42,644 nucleotides of DNA from Octopus sinensis (taxonomy: Eukaryota), in assembly GCF_006345805.1 (NCBI RefSeq), contig NW_021835185.1, positions 1 through 42,644 on the forward strand. The letters run 5' to 3'. Under the pieces are notes generated by a model. It saw only the letters and a list, made by a program, of their open reading frames with translations. It searched no databases and was not told where the DNA came from. Below are positions 1-12,730 of this stretch, piece after piece (the first letter of the stretch is position 1; every line of letters starts with the position of its first letter). The translations under genes were made by a program, and so were the position numbers.

Positions 1-142
1 GCGAACCACAGCCGTCACTCGCGAGCGGTTATGACCGGTAGTATGTACCATGCTTTCGTTGATTGTTTTACGGCCTGTGTGGTCGCGAGCAGACGTAGGC
101 CTTCCTGTCCTTTAACCCTGTAGTAAAATCAGGATGTGACAG

Positions 143-580
143 TTGCCGGGTGGTTCTTATTTACAGCTGAGTAGACTGAACCAACATGAAATAAAGTGCC
201 TTGCTGAAGGGGGCAACGTGCCGTGCGACACATTCCTTCAGTATTGTTCTTTTGCTTTTATTTCTTCCGTTAGTCCCCAGTCTGAAGTCGAACCCCATTA
301 TCGAAAATGTCGGCAAAGCAGTTCTAAATTCTTCAGAGTTTTTAAGACTTTGACTTACGATAAGATTTCGCATGTCAGAAAATCAACCAAAAGGTAGATC
401 TATAACCGAAATTTTGTCATGCTTATTCTGGAGAAAATAAATGAAATCCATCCAACTCCGGACCATTCCGCCGTAGCTGAATGTCTCGTTCCATTTCCAT
501 AGCACGACATAACCATACGTGTTCTGCTTATACAATGGAGTTCGTTTTGGCCACCAGTAGGCCTAATAAAGCACTGGAAC
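143..580 (+). pseudogene. Possible highly degraded piggyBac-like transposase remnant
   Basis: Translation across stops reads ...SSSKFFRVFKTLTYD...HSAVAECLVPF, weakly recalling PGBD MSRxRF...LRFD...LSVDEQLVPF; TTAACCC at ~113. Confidence 0.25.
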
Positions 581-770
581 TACAATTGTTCAGTGACCGA
601 TGGCGATTTTTGATAATATAGGGCATTTCTTTGGACATCGGGGAAGGGGGGGTATAAAAAAGCCTGTTGGAATTTGAACCCCTTCCGTTAAGTTATGGGT
701 TCGTTATCATAAGCGACCTACAGTTGGGGCATACAGTGCTTGTGTGAAAACCTTATTAATCAACCAAATA

Positions 771-911
771 TTAGGTTGTCCCAAAAGTTCGTAAACACTT
801 GCGAAAATTGAATTTTTACTCGCCAAGTACTAACAAAAGCAACAAAAATTATTCCTCAAAATAAAGACCATTATTTTCCAAGACTTTCTACGAACTTTTG
901 GGACAACCTTA
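771..911. mobile_element. Mariner-type MITE (141 bp)
   Basis: TIRs ttaggttgtcccaaaagttcgta / tacgaacttttgggacaacctta flanked by TA on both sides. Confidence 0.8.
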
Positions 912-1300
912 TAGTTTGCAGGCGATCAGGCAACCAGTTAGAACATCATCTTCAGATTCGAACCCGTTTTCTCTAGCTACAAAAAAATAAACCTGATCTT
1001 CTCATGGCATTCAAACAAGACACAACTCAGCTCTCGCTCAGCAACTCAAGGACATAGCTTCAACAAGACTTGGTGGTTATGCATCCTCAAGATGACTGAT
1101 GGCTGGGAAACCACAGTTGAGTCGATCCTTATATTCTAGTCTCTCTTCCATTGAGGATTCTAGTCTCTCTTCCATTTATGTATGTATGTTTGGTCAACCT
1201 TTAAATAAATCTGTTGCTAAATACTCGGAGTTTTGCTTCCGTTGTAATATACGCAGCCAGCCTAATCTCATGCCATGATTACTACAACAACAACAGCTTT

Positions 1301-1480
1301 GGGGTGTAATGGCCCAGTGGTTAGGGCAGTGGACTCGCGGTCGTAAGAACGCGGTTTCAGTTCCCAGACCGGGCATCGTGAGTGTTTATTGAGCAAAAAT
1401 ACCTAAGCACCACGAGTCTCCGGCATTGGGGCGGTGAACCCCGCTGTACTTTTTTACAACTTTCTCTCTTTCTTCCTACT
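1301..1480 (+). mobile_element. tRNA-derived SINE family A, 3'-truncated copy
   Basis: A-box tggcccagtgg and B-box-like ggtttcagttccc; matches the copy at 2312. Confidence 0.75.
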
Positions 1481-1637
1481 TCTGCCACAAAGCAGAGGAA
1501 CCATGGTGTAACCCACTATGGTGTCTGTCTTTGTTGAATGCATGAAAACAGAAAATTTTTGCTTAAAATATAACTTAACACTTTCAATTTTTGCTATCCA
1601 TACAACATTATAAAAGAAAACTAAATAATTAAAATTA

Positions 1638-2192
1638 TTGGGTTGTCCGGAATGTTCGTACCGATTTATAGTAGCTTACCTTTCGACTTATTTTAGAACA
1701 TCGTTGAGTCCATAAAATAGGATTTGACTACACTTCCATTTAGAGCACAGTTTAAGCTATCTTTTCTTAGAAGAAGATTTATGTTCCTATAACCTGTGTT
1801 AATTCTGTAACCCTTTAAAATGGAAGATAAGAAAGTTCATTTTCGGCACTTGATGCTTTGGGAACCAGACAAAAATTGCTGCAGCTCGGCTGAGATGTGT
1901 TACCCCACCCTCCATATTCACCAGATATTGCTCCTTCGGATTTCCACTTATTCAGGTCTCTGAAGAATAGTCTTAATGGTAAAAATTTCAATTCCTTGGA
2001 TGACGTAAAACGACACCTTGATGAATTCTTTGCCATGAAATCACCTCAGTTCTGGGAAGAGGGTATTTTCAAGTTAAAGGAAAGATGGAGACGCATTGTG
2101 CAACAAAATGGTTCATATTTGGTTGATTAAAAATGTAGTGGCAAGTATTTACTGACCTTTAAAAATCGGCATGAACTTTCCAGACGACCCAA
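1638..2192 (+). mobile_element. Internally deleted mariner element with transposase C-terminus
   Basis: ~30-bp imperfect TIRs, TA target duplication; ORF 1897..2130 has PHPPYSPDIAPSDFHLF (YSPDLAPxD motif, third catalytic Asp). Confidence 0.92.
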
Positions 2193-2311
2193 TAATTTCA
2201 TTTGCAAAATAAATGTACGTCGTGGTGTCTTCTCCTCCTCCTCCACCGCCGCCGCCGCCGCCTCCTCGTTGTTGTTGGCAGGTGTTTACAGCTTCATTTA
2301 CATCCGATCTA

Positions 2312-2702
2312 GTGGAGGCGCAATGGCCCAGTGGTTAGGGCAGCGGACTCGCGGTCGGAGGATCGCGGTTTCGATTCCCAGACCGGGCATTGTGAGTGTT
2401 TATTGAACGAAAACACCTAAAGCTCCACGAGGCTCCGGCAGGGGATGGTGGTGAACCCTGCTGTACTCTTCTACCACAACTTTCTCTCGCTCTTTCTTCC
2501 TGTTTCTCTTGTACCTGTATTTCAAAGGGCCAGCCTTGTCACACTCTGTGTCACGCTGAATCTCCTCGAGAACTACGTTAAGGGTACACGTGTCTGTGGA
2601 GTGCTCGGCCACTTACACGTTAATATCACGAGCAAGCTGTTCCGCTGATCGTATCAGCTGGGACCCTCATCGTCGCAACCGACGGAGTGTTTCTACTACT
2701 AC
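2312..2702 (+). mobile_element. Full-length tRNA-derived SINE family A
   Basis: Pol III A/B boxes, (TAC)n tail, 13-bp TSD tacatccgatcta at 2299-2311 and 2703-2715. Confidence 0.88.
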
Positions 2703-2829
2703 TACATCCGATCTACTCACACTGACAAATTTCATCGAACATAAAGTTTCTGAAATGTAATACCACGGCGCAAAAAAAAGACTTAATGGCGATTTTTTAT
2801 TGAATACTTTCCCACGCAACAAAAACAGT

Positions 2830-3280
2830 TTCTTGGGTCCTGTTCACATATTTTATTTTGGACCCTGCCGATTGAGAAGCCCTAACATTTAACTTGATTA
2901 ACATATGCCAAAACCTTGCACCATCTTCCATTCCACAACGGCTCCTGAGAATTCGCAGGACGTGTGCAGCAATTAGCAGCGGCTCCAAAAACTTATTGCA
3001 TGTCGCCTCAACTGACCTGCTCAATCCTATGATCTTACTAGCTTAGGGTCTTCTCGAAACCTTATGACATTCCTGCCACCCGATTCCTTCGGGAATAAAA
3101 ATAAATCTTCATATTGAGGACCGTCTCTTCTTCTAGAGTCAATAATCAACAACCCCAACCTCATCTCATTCGATGTACCCACATTCCTTAACCCAACCAT
3201 TCTAAAACATTCTCTTTCCCAGATACTTCATTCCCAAGCACTTCGTACAAAATATTTCACCCAATCGTTCCCCCACCCCT
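2830..3280 (+). mobile_element. Penelope-like retroelement remnant (RT C-terminal region)
   Basis: SIPQRLLRIRRTC at ~2927-2968 resembles the Penelope SIPxSQxLRxRRIC motif; frames broken. Confidence 0.5.
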
Positions 3281-3289
3281 TAACTAGAT

Positions 3290-3710
3290 GCCATCCCCGC
3301 CCACACGTTTCCCACACGTTCTCAAACGTTTCCTACACGTTTCCCACACGTCCTCACACGCTTCCCACACGTTTCCAACACGTTTTCCACACGCTCTCAC
3401 ACGTTTCCTATGTTTCCACACGTCCTCGCGCATTTCCCACACGTTCTCACACATTCCCACACATTTCCCATACGTTCTCACACGTTTCCCACACGTCCTC
3501 ACACGCTCCCACACGTTTCCTACACGTTTCCACACGCTCACACGTTTCCTATGTTTCCCACACGTCCTCGCGCACTTCCCACACGTTCTCACACATTCCC
3601 ACACGTTTCCCACACGTCCTCACACGCTTCCCACACGTCCTCACACGCTTCCCACACGTTCTCACACGTTTCCCACACGTCCTCGCACATTGTCCACACG
3701 TTTCCCACAA
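3290..3710. repeat. C/A-rich minisatellite (units like cacacgtttcc / cacacgttct)
   Basis: Direct tandem reiteration; generates spurious ORFs 3284-3829. Confidence 0.9.
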
Positions 3711-4024
3711 TCATCAACGCACAGACATACAAATTAAACACTGACCCCCACTCGTTCCGAAAGACTATGGGCTTGGCATCGCTTCTTTATTTCTTTATTT
3801 ATTTTCAATGTGCAATAAAAGAGACTTAGCTCACACTATGGAGAAAATGAAACCACAGCTATAAAATCAATATAAAATCGATATAGCCAAATCAAGACAC
3901 ACATATCTTCCTGACCTATCCGAAAACAACAATTACATTTTTCTTTTGAATTCAATTCCTGACTGATTCCTATTAATTTTTATTGAGAGACCTAAGCTAT
4001 TTCTCTCCTTTTATGTTCCAGTAG

Positions 4025-4214
4025 TTGTGTATGTATGTGGGTACATGTATATGCATATATAATATGTATGAGTGTGTCTATGTATGTACGTATATATGTA
4101 TGTATGTGTGTATGTATGTATGTGTGTGCGTGTGTATATATGTATGTGTTTATATACCTAGACTATATTTTACAGTTACTAAATTCCATTACATTACGTA
4201 TGTCTATTTATACG

Positions 4215-4267
<53 letters not shown>

Positions 4268-4332
4268 CCATATGCATACACACACACACACATATAAATA
4301 TTTATACATACATATGCATACACACACACACG
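4025..4332. repeat. Compound (TG)/(TA)/(CA) microsatellite
   Basis: Visible dinucleotide tracts. Confidence 0.9.
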
Positions 4333-4858
4333 CCTCTATCTCGTATAACTTCTCTTTGAAGTCTTCCTCCTTTGGCACATCATCAGACTAGTCTTCTTGG
4401 TTCTTGCGCCGAACCCCCAACCCCCGCTCTAAAGCCACAGGTGCAGAGGTCGAACCATTTGCCACCATGAACTGTCTGCACTAATTGCCCCCTCAGCGTT
4501 TACCCCCTCCCCGCCTCCCGCTCTCCTAACCCTGACACATCAACACACCAAATATCGTTGATCTTCTCCTCACTTCCAATCCAAGACTAAGAAAATATTT
4601 ACCAAATGCCGCAACAGCTGTCAGGTGTGCTACTGAAGACTTCAGAGAGAGAGAGAGAGAGAGCAGAGGAATCCTCATTGCACCGGACAGCTTGAAAGCT
4701 TTCCGATTCCCAACTTGTAGCAGACCTTCTTGGTCCCTTTTCAAGAAATCCCTACAAACGTTCTGGAATCTTTCTACCCGCCATTCACCGTTAATGATAC
4801 TCTGGCCTAATATTCTTTATCTTTATAAGTCCACCATTCACCCCTGCATTAAGTACTT

Positions 4859-5089
4859 ATTTCTTTACTACCCACAAGGGGCTAAACACAGAGGGGACAA
4901 ACAAGGACAGACAAACGGATGAAGTCGATTATATCGACCCCAGTGCGTAACTGGTACTTATTTAATCGACCCCGAAAGAATGAAAGGCAAAGTCGACCTC
5001 GGCGGAATTTGAACTCAGAACGTAACGGCAGACGAAATACGGCTACGCATTTCGCCCAGCGTGCTAACGTTTCTGCCAGCTCGCCGCCT
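4859..5089 (-). mobile_element. CORE-type tRNA-derived SINE (octopus OR2-like), family B
   Basis: Reverse strand has a tRNA-like head and gactttgcctttcatxctttcggggtcgat...aagtaccag, typical of the CORE domain; many copies in the window. Confidence 0.8.
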
Positions 5090-5096
5090 TCATTGA

Positions 5097-5520
5097 GTAC
5101 TGTTGTCACATATGGGCAGGTGCTCCAGCAGATTGTTTAACTCTGTTGGACCACACTCAATGCCATATTTGCAATGCTTATTGGTCCTGATCCGTCTTCT
5201 AAATTGGATCCACTCTCTCATCATCGTCGTGTGGCTTCCTTGTCTCCTCTCTTTAACTATTTCCATGGACATTGTTCAGCTGAGCTCTCTTCCCTGGTTC
5301 CTCCTTCAAAAACTTATCAGCGATCAGCTAAGACTTGCATCCAGTTCCCATCAATATACTGTGCCACCTCCTAAGTGTTCTAAACCGCTTTACAGTACCA
5401 GTTTCCTTCCCTCGCACCTCTGAACTTTGGAGTTCCCTTACACAATCTTGTTTTCCTCTTCAATATGACCTCCTCCAGTCTTTTAAGTCTAATGTACATC
5501 ATCACCTATTGACTTCTGTC
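5097..5520 (+). mobile_element. 3' fragment of CR1/L2-group LINE ORF2, frameshifted
   Basis: LSHHRRVASL...YFHGHCSAELSSLVP / SFLPRTSELWSSL...FP..YDL.QSFKSNV across three frames, typical of the ORF2 C-terminus. Confidence 0.75.
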
Positions 5521-5615
5521 CAACATCCATTTTATTCTAGTAGCTCTTTACGTTTTCGGTGGTCTAAGGACCTTGTAAGGAGCAAATGGTTAAAAAACTG
5601 TTTTTAATTTAACAC

Positions 5616-5647
<32 letters not shown>

Positions 5648-5657
5648 TATATATATA

Positions 5658-5690
<33 letters not shown>

Positions 5691-7452
5691 GGTGTGTCTT
5701 ATGTGTTCTATAGCTTACGTAGATGTATGTCTTGCATGTAGTTATATATATGTCCGATAGATAATGCAGATATCTATGACTTATACACGCCCTATAGACA
5801 ACGAGTGTATGTATGTATGTATGTGGCAAGAAGTTTGTTTCCCAACCACATGGTTCAGGGTTCAGTCCCACCGCGTGGTACATCGAGCAAGTACCTTCTA
5901 TTATAGCCCCAAGCCAACCAAAGCTTTGTGGGTAGATTTGACAGGCGGACTGGCATGCAGCCGTGAAAGTACAGCAGTGTTCACCACCACCCCCTGCCGG
6001 ATCCTCATGGAGCTTTAGGTGTTTTCACTCAATAAACACTCACAACGCCCGACCTGGAAATTGAAACCGCTAGTCCGCTGCTCTAACCACTGGGCCCTTG
6101 CGCCTCCGCTATATATATATATATAATGTAGCTATATGTGTCCTATTATTCCTTTAAAATAAAGTCGTGAAATTCACTCCCACGTCTTTGATTACAAATG
6201 TAGGAGGTTGTTCAAAGTTTTAACTTTTAAGAGCAAAAACATTATAATGTTTGTTACACAACGATGGATGTGTAATAAAAGATAAGTGATGTAGCTTACG
6301 TTTTAGTAATTTTAGTATCATACTAACTTCATGTCAGTTAGTAAATAGTTTTTTATTTTATTGTTTCCTTATCTTTGTTTTGTATTCACTGAAGTCTGCA
6401 AACATTAGCTCACACTGGTTCCTGGATTAAATATATTCCAATATAAACAGGAAATCTATGTAATGGCAGACTTATTAAGAGACACAGGTACATACGTACC
6501 TACATACACATGTGCATATTTGTACATACACATTTATACATACATGTGGATATAAAATTAGTGTTCATTTAAACAAAAAAAGAGGTGACCCATAGCAGGT
6601 CGCCTTACATACTAGAAGGAACAGTCAAAAGTCCAAATCAGTTAAGAGCAATTTTGAAGAGAATGAAAAATAAAAACATTTACCATGTTTTACAGCTGGA
6701 CCTAGGTTTCGAACTTTAATTAGCAAATAAAATAACTTGCTAGGCGAAGTTCTCATCAGCGGGTACGCCAAACATTAACATATAATTTAGAGACAAAATA
6801 ACACGTCTCATCATTATATATTATAATTTTTCAAATCGACCGCGCAAGCGCAGTTTCAGTGGGCAACAAAATAAAACATATCGACTAACATCAGAAATTA
6901 CTAAAATCATATTCTTAAAATAATATAGGGTAGCAACTTTATAGATATTTTTCTACCAGTACATGTGGATATATGTATGAGTGTGTGTGATCATTATCAT
7001 TATCATTGTTTAACGTCCGCCTTCGATGCTAGCATGAGTTGGACGGTTTTACAAGAGCAGGCCAGGCTACAGTGTCTGTTTTCACAGGGATTTTACGGCT
7101 GAATGCCCTTGTTAGCGCCAACCACCTCACAGAGTGGACTGTGCGTTTTTTACATGGTACCAGCACAGGTGAGGTCAGTTTTGACATGGTCTTTACAGCT
7201 GGATGTCCTCCCAGATGCCAACCACTTCACAGCGTGTACCAGATGCTCCTGAACCAGTTGTTATGCATCCCACCCGTGTGGGATCGATGCTAGATGTATC
7301 AAAACAATTATCATATCTTCCATCTTCCATCTCTCATTAACCGAGTGGAATCGATGCTAGATGTGCCGAAACAATTGTCGTATCTTCCATCTCTCATTAA
7401 CCAAATATATATGTGAGTATACATCTCTGAATATGTGTATGTCTGTATGTAT

Positions 7453-7868
7453 CAGGGACACGCCACCTAGGTAGGCAAGGTAGGCAGTGCCTACCCTGAA
7501 TAAAATAGATCGATAACAACATTTTCCTTTATGGCAAAACATACACCTACTTCAATAAAATTATGAAGGTTACTCTGATTACTATGCATAAAATACAAAA
7601 TATTATATTTTTTTGTAGATTAGATAGGCATAATTCACCCCTGCTTTTCAATCTCAGTATTTAAGCTATGCATAGAATTGCTGTAGTACACATGCTGAGT
7701 GCATTCCTACAACAACGTTTTCTTTACGTGCTATAAAGGCAGAAGTAAATCTGCTTTCAACTCAGTCGCGCACCTGTGTTTCACTTAGATTTTGTGTTTC
7801 GCTTTCTTTTTTTACTACATAAACGTCACAACTGCCTACCCTGAGTAATTACTAACGGCACGTGCCTG
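7453..7868. mobile_element. hAT-like non-autonomous element
   Basis: Ends cagggacacgcc / ggcacgtgcctg, subterminal tgcctaccctg repeats, 8-bp flanks gtatgtat on both sides (within a microsatellite, so less diagnostic). Confidence 0.5.
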
Positions 7869-8411
7869 GTATGTATGTATGTATGTATGTATGAATATAT
7901 GCATAAATTTCCGGATGCATGTGTGTGTAAATACTTTAAATATGTATAAGCATACGCCTATATATGAGTGTATGTATATATGCCTAAATGTATGTGTATA
8001 TATCTATATAAACAAGTACGAGAACATATACGCACTATACGCAGTTACGCAAGCATAAATATACATACATCTACGTACATATGTGTATAAATGTGTGTAT
8101 ATATGTATACATCTATGTATTTGCTTAATTAATTGCTAATTGTCAATTTTCGATATTATTATCGCTACAGCTTGTCTTTCTTACAATCCAAATTCCATGT
8201 GTGCATATAATGACAATTAATTAATTACTGAAGTGGAATCTCATTAAATGTCTTTTAGTAATTCTGTCATGTCTTTTGGACAGCCATCTTTGCAGAGAAC
8301 CAATTCTCTTCAGGGAAATTCTTGTATTAAAGTTTTCGAATCTTAGGTTTTAGAATAAAATATACCCACCTCTCTCTCTGTATTCTCTGTATGCGTGTAT
8401 ATATATATATT

Positions 8412-8800
8412 CTTTTACTTGCTTCAGGCATTTGACTGCGGACACGCTGGAGCACCGCCTTTAGTCGAGCAATCGTCCCCAGGACTTATTCTTTGTAAGC
8501 CTAGTACTTATTCTTTGTAAGCCTAGTACTTATTCTATCTGTATCTTTTGCCGAACTGCTAGGTTACGGGGACGTAAACACACCATCATCGCTTGTCAAG
8601 CGGTGTCGCGGGCACAAACACACACACACATATATATATATACAACGGGCTTCTTTCAGTTTCTGTCTACCAAATCCACTCACAAGACTTTGGTCGGCTC
8701 GAGGCTATAGAAGACACTTGCCCAAGGTGCCACGCAGTGGAATTGAATCCACAACTATATGGTTGGTAAGCAGGCTTCTTACCAAACAACCACTCCTGCA
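8412..8800 (-). mobile_element. tRNA-derived SINE family C (internal microsatellite)
   Basis: Reverse complement of ggagtggctgtgtggtaag...gaaactgaaagaagcc(TA/TG)n...gactgaaacaagtaaaaga; matches copies at 37826 and 40964. Confidence 0.8.
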
Positions 8801-9177
8801 TCTACATATATATATTATCTTTTGCTTGTTTCTGTCATTAGACTGTGGTCATACTGGGGCAACGTCTTGAAGAATTTTTAGTCAAACAAATCAACCCAAG
8901 TACTTTATTAAGCCAAGTTCTTATACATATAGATTGCTGCTTCTGTTATAGGTAGGATCAACAAAAAAGTACTCCATCCCCGGGGAAGTGGGGGCGATGT
9001 AATCGATTTACTGCTCCTTATCCGAAATTGCTGGCCTAGTGCCAAAATGTGAAACCAATATACGAAGTATTTAAATGAACTACGAATAGTTTCATGCCTT
9101 GGAAACACAATAGTTTGGCAAGCCTATATAACATGCCTTGTGTAGCTCATATCTAAATATTATGTATATTAAATTAG

Positions 9178-9500
9178 TGAAGGTGCATGGCTTAGTGGTT
9201 AGGGTATTCGGCTCATGATCGTATGGTCATGAGTTCAATCCCAGGCGACGCGATGTGTCCTTGAGCAAGACACTTTATTTCACATTGCTCCAGTCCACTC
9301 AACTGGCAAAAAACAAGTTGTACCTGTAATTCACCAGGGCCAGTCTTTTCACATTCTGTATCATAATGAATCTCCCTAAGAACTACATTAAGGGTACACG
9401 TGTCCGTGGAATACTCAGCCACTTGCACTTTAATTTCACGAGCTGGCCATTCCGTTGATCAGGTCAACTGGAACCCTTGTCATTATAACCGATGGAGTAC
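9178..9500 (+). mobile_element. Older SINE related to family A
   Basis: tRNA-like head and shared 3' domain aactacattaagggtacacgtgtc. Confidence 0.7.
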
Positions 9501-9745
9501 CATAATACATCTTGTGTGTCTGTGTGTGCGCGTGCGTATACACGTGTTTTTTCACGTCCCTTTTTCTATGCCGGCATGGGTTAGACTAGGCATGGGCAAT
9601 CTTTTTCAAGAAGTAGGCCACATGAAACATGGTTCATTATCAGGTGGGCCATGCAACTAAAAACAAAACTCCAATGTGACTTTTCATGACAGCGTGCCAT
9701 TCAGAAAGTACCGTGTGCCGCAGGTTGCCCCTGAATGAGTTAAAC

Positions 9746-10026
9746 CAATGGTTCCCAAAGTGGGCGGTATTGCCCCCCCACCCCCCACCCCGGGGGCAGT
9801 GGAAAGTTGCAAGTGGGTGTTGAAGAAATGTGGGGCAATAACAGGGTAGCAATTCATGTAAAAACAACAAAATAATGGGTTCATTAAGTTATATTTGTGA
9901 AATACAGTTGCTTTGAATTTGCTTCAGAAAGAGGTCTATGTTTGTGATGGTTTGTTGGGGTGGGGACGCTAGGCATGTGGCCTGGGAGTAAGGGGGTGGC
10001 AGCCCGAAAAAGTTTGGGAACCACTG
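9746..10026. mobile_element. hAT (Charlie-type) MITE
   Basis: TIRs caatggttcccaaa / tttgggaaccactg; 8-bp TSD agttaaac / ggttaaac. Confidence 0.82.
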
Positions 10027-11968
10027 GGTTAAACGAATATGTTTCTGGGGTGCTGTTTTCACAGTTGGGTCAGATGTGTGTCCCTTCCAGACACTAACTC
10101 TTACTTACAATATTTACATTATTTACATTTGACGGATATTTGTCCTTATCTTGTTTGTTGTTAACACAACGTTTCGGCTGATATACCCTCCACCCTTCAT
10201 CGGGTGTCTTGGGGAAATTTCGAACCTGGGTTCTTGTTCCTAAGGTATTTTTCTATGTTGTTGTTATTATTATTATTATTATTATTATTCATTTAGCGTC
10301 CGCTTTCCATGCTAGCATGGGTTGGACGGTTCAACTGGGGTCTGTGAAGCCAGAAGGCTGCATCAGGCCCAGTCTGATCTGGCAGTGTTTCTACGGCTGG
10401 ATGCCCTTCCTAACGCCAACCACTCCGTGAGTGTAGTGGGTGCTCACTCACAGAGTGGTTGGCGTTATTATTATTATTATTGTTGTTCAGGTCACTGCTT
10501 GGAATCGAACTCAGAATCTTGGGGTTAGTAGCCTGTGTTTTTAACCACTACGCCATATGCCCACAGGCATATGGCGTAGTGGCTAAGTGGCCATATGGCA
10601 TAGTGGTTAAGTGACCATATGGCGTAGTGAAGAAGGCTGGAGGGTATATCAGCCAAAACATTGTGTTAACAACAAACAAGATGAGGACAAATATTTGTCG
10701 ATTGTAAATAATGTAAATAATTCCTCGTCTCTTAAATATGGAACTAACCGTTACTTGTTTCCCACAACACTTTTGAAAATCCAAAGCAAAGCAAATGAAG
10801 CAAATGATTTATTGGCAGAAGTTCCACCAACTCCACCCTTTAATAATTGGGTGAGGAGTGGACGAGAGAATGTGACCAGAGGAGTTGATACAGGGTGGGT
10901 AGGGTAGGAAAGTTCACGAGGGCATGAAAGGGGGAGAGTGACAGGGACAGTGGTGAATGCAGGAGAGGGTGAACAACGAGTGGATGCATGGTCAATGATG
11001 AATATTGGTTGGCAGGGTGGAGGTGGGTGAAGGAAATAGAAGCGGGGGGACAAGGAAGAGGAAAATGGGGGTGGGGAGTAAAAAGTATAATAAAACTATT
11101 GGTAGATGGGAGCTAGGGAGATGAGGGGGTGAGGGAGGGATGCGCAGTGATAGAGAGGGGAGCTTAGAGAATCATCATCATCATCATCATCATCATCATT
11201 TAAAGTCTGCTTTCCATGCTGGCATGGGTTGGATGATCTGAGAGGGACTGGTTAGGCGGAAGACTACACCAAGATCAGCTGCCTGTTTTCGTGTGGTTTC
11301 TAAGGATGGAAGCCCTTCCTGATGCCAAACACTTCAAAGAGTGTAACTGGGTCTTTTTCTTTTATGTGACACCAGCAGCGGTGAGGTCATTGAGTAATTT
11401 GCAAGACAAGACCCTCTCAATTGGTGGTGGGGGGGGGAGAAGTATTGAGGGACAGAAGAGGGGTCTTGCATTAGAAGAGAAACATGGCTACCTCAAATGC
11501 AGAGGGGGGGTGGAGAGGTTGTAAAGATGTAACAGTGAAGGGATCAGGAGCCGTACGCTCAAATTACAAGGAGGTGTATATAATGAAGTAGAAGAGAAAA
11601 ATGGGGAAGATTACATGGGGAGGGGGCAGAGGTCAGCAGAAATTAGGGAGTGAGAAATGAAGGCAAGGGTGACAACCTATTAAAAGCTGGTATGAGAAGG
11701 TGTTTAGGGAAAAAGGGGTTTCAGCGGGAAATGAGATGGTAAGGGATGATACTGAAAGTGGGAGAGGGGACAAAATGAAGTGGTTTAAAGGAGAGAGACA
11801 TAATTGAGGGCATAGAAGGGAATCATTTAATTACAACAAGAGAGAGTAAGTGCCATAGAGAGGAGAGTGATGAATGTTCGGAAGACGAATTTTACAATAT
11901 GTGTAAAAATAATCAACATGCTTCAAGACTTCCAGCTCAGAAAAATTCCACCCGGAAGCATTCTTTCA

Positions 11969-11974
11969 TTTATT
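11969..11974 (-). terminator. Possible polyadenylation signal AATAAA of the TRF gene
   Basis: AATAAA on the minus strand ~470 nt after the stop; another lies near 12160 inside a repeat. Positional only. Confidence 0.3.
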
Positions 11975-12271
11975 TCCTGACTTTGTTTTTTTTCTGTTTT
12001 TTTTTTATCCTTTGTGGAAAATCAATTTTTCACAATTAATGTGAAATTTTAAGTCCATCCAATAAACCATATATATATATATATATACCGGAGTAAACAC
12101 ATAAATGTGAAACAAGGTGGAAAAAAGAGTACTCAAATACCAGGGGTAGAGTAATATGCTTTATTCTAAAGCAGCAGAAATTCAACAAAAAGTGTCCGAC
12201 GAACGGGAACGTGAAACTCAGAGTAACAGGTTTTGTTGAATTTCTGCTGCTTTTAAATAAAGTATATATAT

Positions 12272-12332
<61 letters not shown>

Positions 12333-12437
12333 GCACACATATATACATATATATATATAATCTGTCCTTCCTCCCTCACCAGCTGTTTGAGGAATCAACC
12401 AAGAAAGAAACAATAAAGGCACTCCCCAGCTCCCTAA

Positions 12438-12730
12438 TCACGAGGAAACGGGACCAAACTTAGCACTCAAGGCTTTCATCCTCCCCGTTTGTATGAAACT
12501 CCTCCATTTATCTTTCAGGTTAACGTTGCTCCGCTGTGTGCCCAAATAGTCTCGAATTTCAGCCCATTTACCAACTCCCATGAGCTTCACAGCCTCATAG
12601 AACTCTTCTTCTTGTTCCTCTGTCCACAATTTTCGGTACATTTTGTCTCCGGATTTTTTCTTTGGCGATGGTCTGTATTTCAAACTTTTTCTCATTTTTA
12701 ATGGTTGCAACTGTGGATATCTGTCGTTAA
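12438..12730 (-). CDS. TRF: TRF terminal coding exon: basic linker (RPSPKKK) plus telobox Myb domain ([48 protein letters not shown])
   Basis: Acceptor ttttgttatttttttattcacag; phase-1 start; TGA at 12438-12440; Myb W-W-W pattern with LKDKWR. Confidence 0.92.

Noticed and set aside
1897-2130. SETMAR or a functional transposase gene
   Set aside because: Only the C-terminal ~77 aa remain inside a 555-bp TIR-bounded deletion derivative.
2312-2400. tRNA genes at SINE heads
   Set aside because: A/B boxes are present but continue into SINE bodies with tails and TSDs; no complete cloverleaf is evident.
3284-3829. ORFs of 109-149 aa
   Set aside because: Translations of a minisatellite; low complexity in several frames.
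4380-4800. Possible upstream part of the LINE at 5097
   Set aside because: No recognisable RT motif in any frame I could read.
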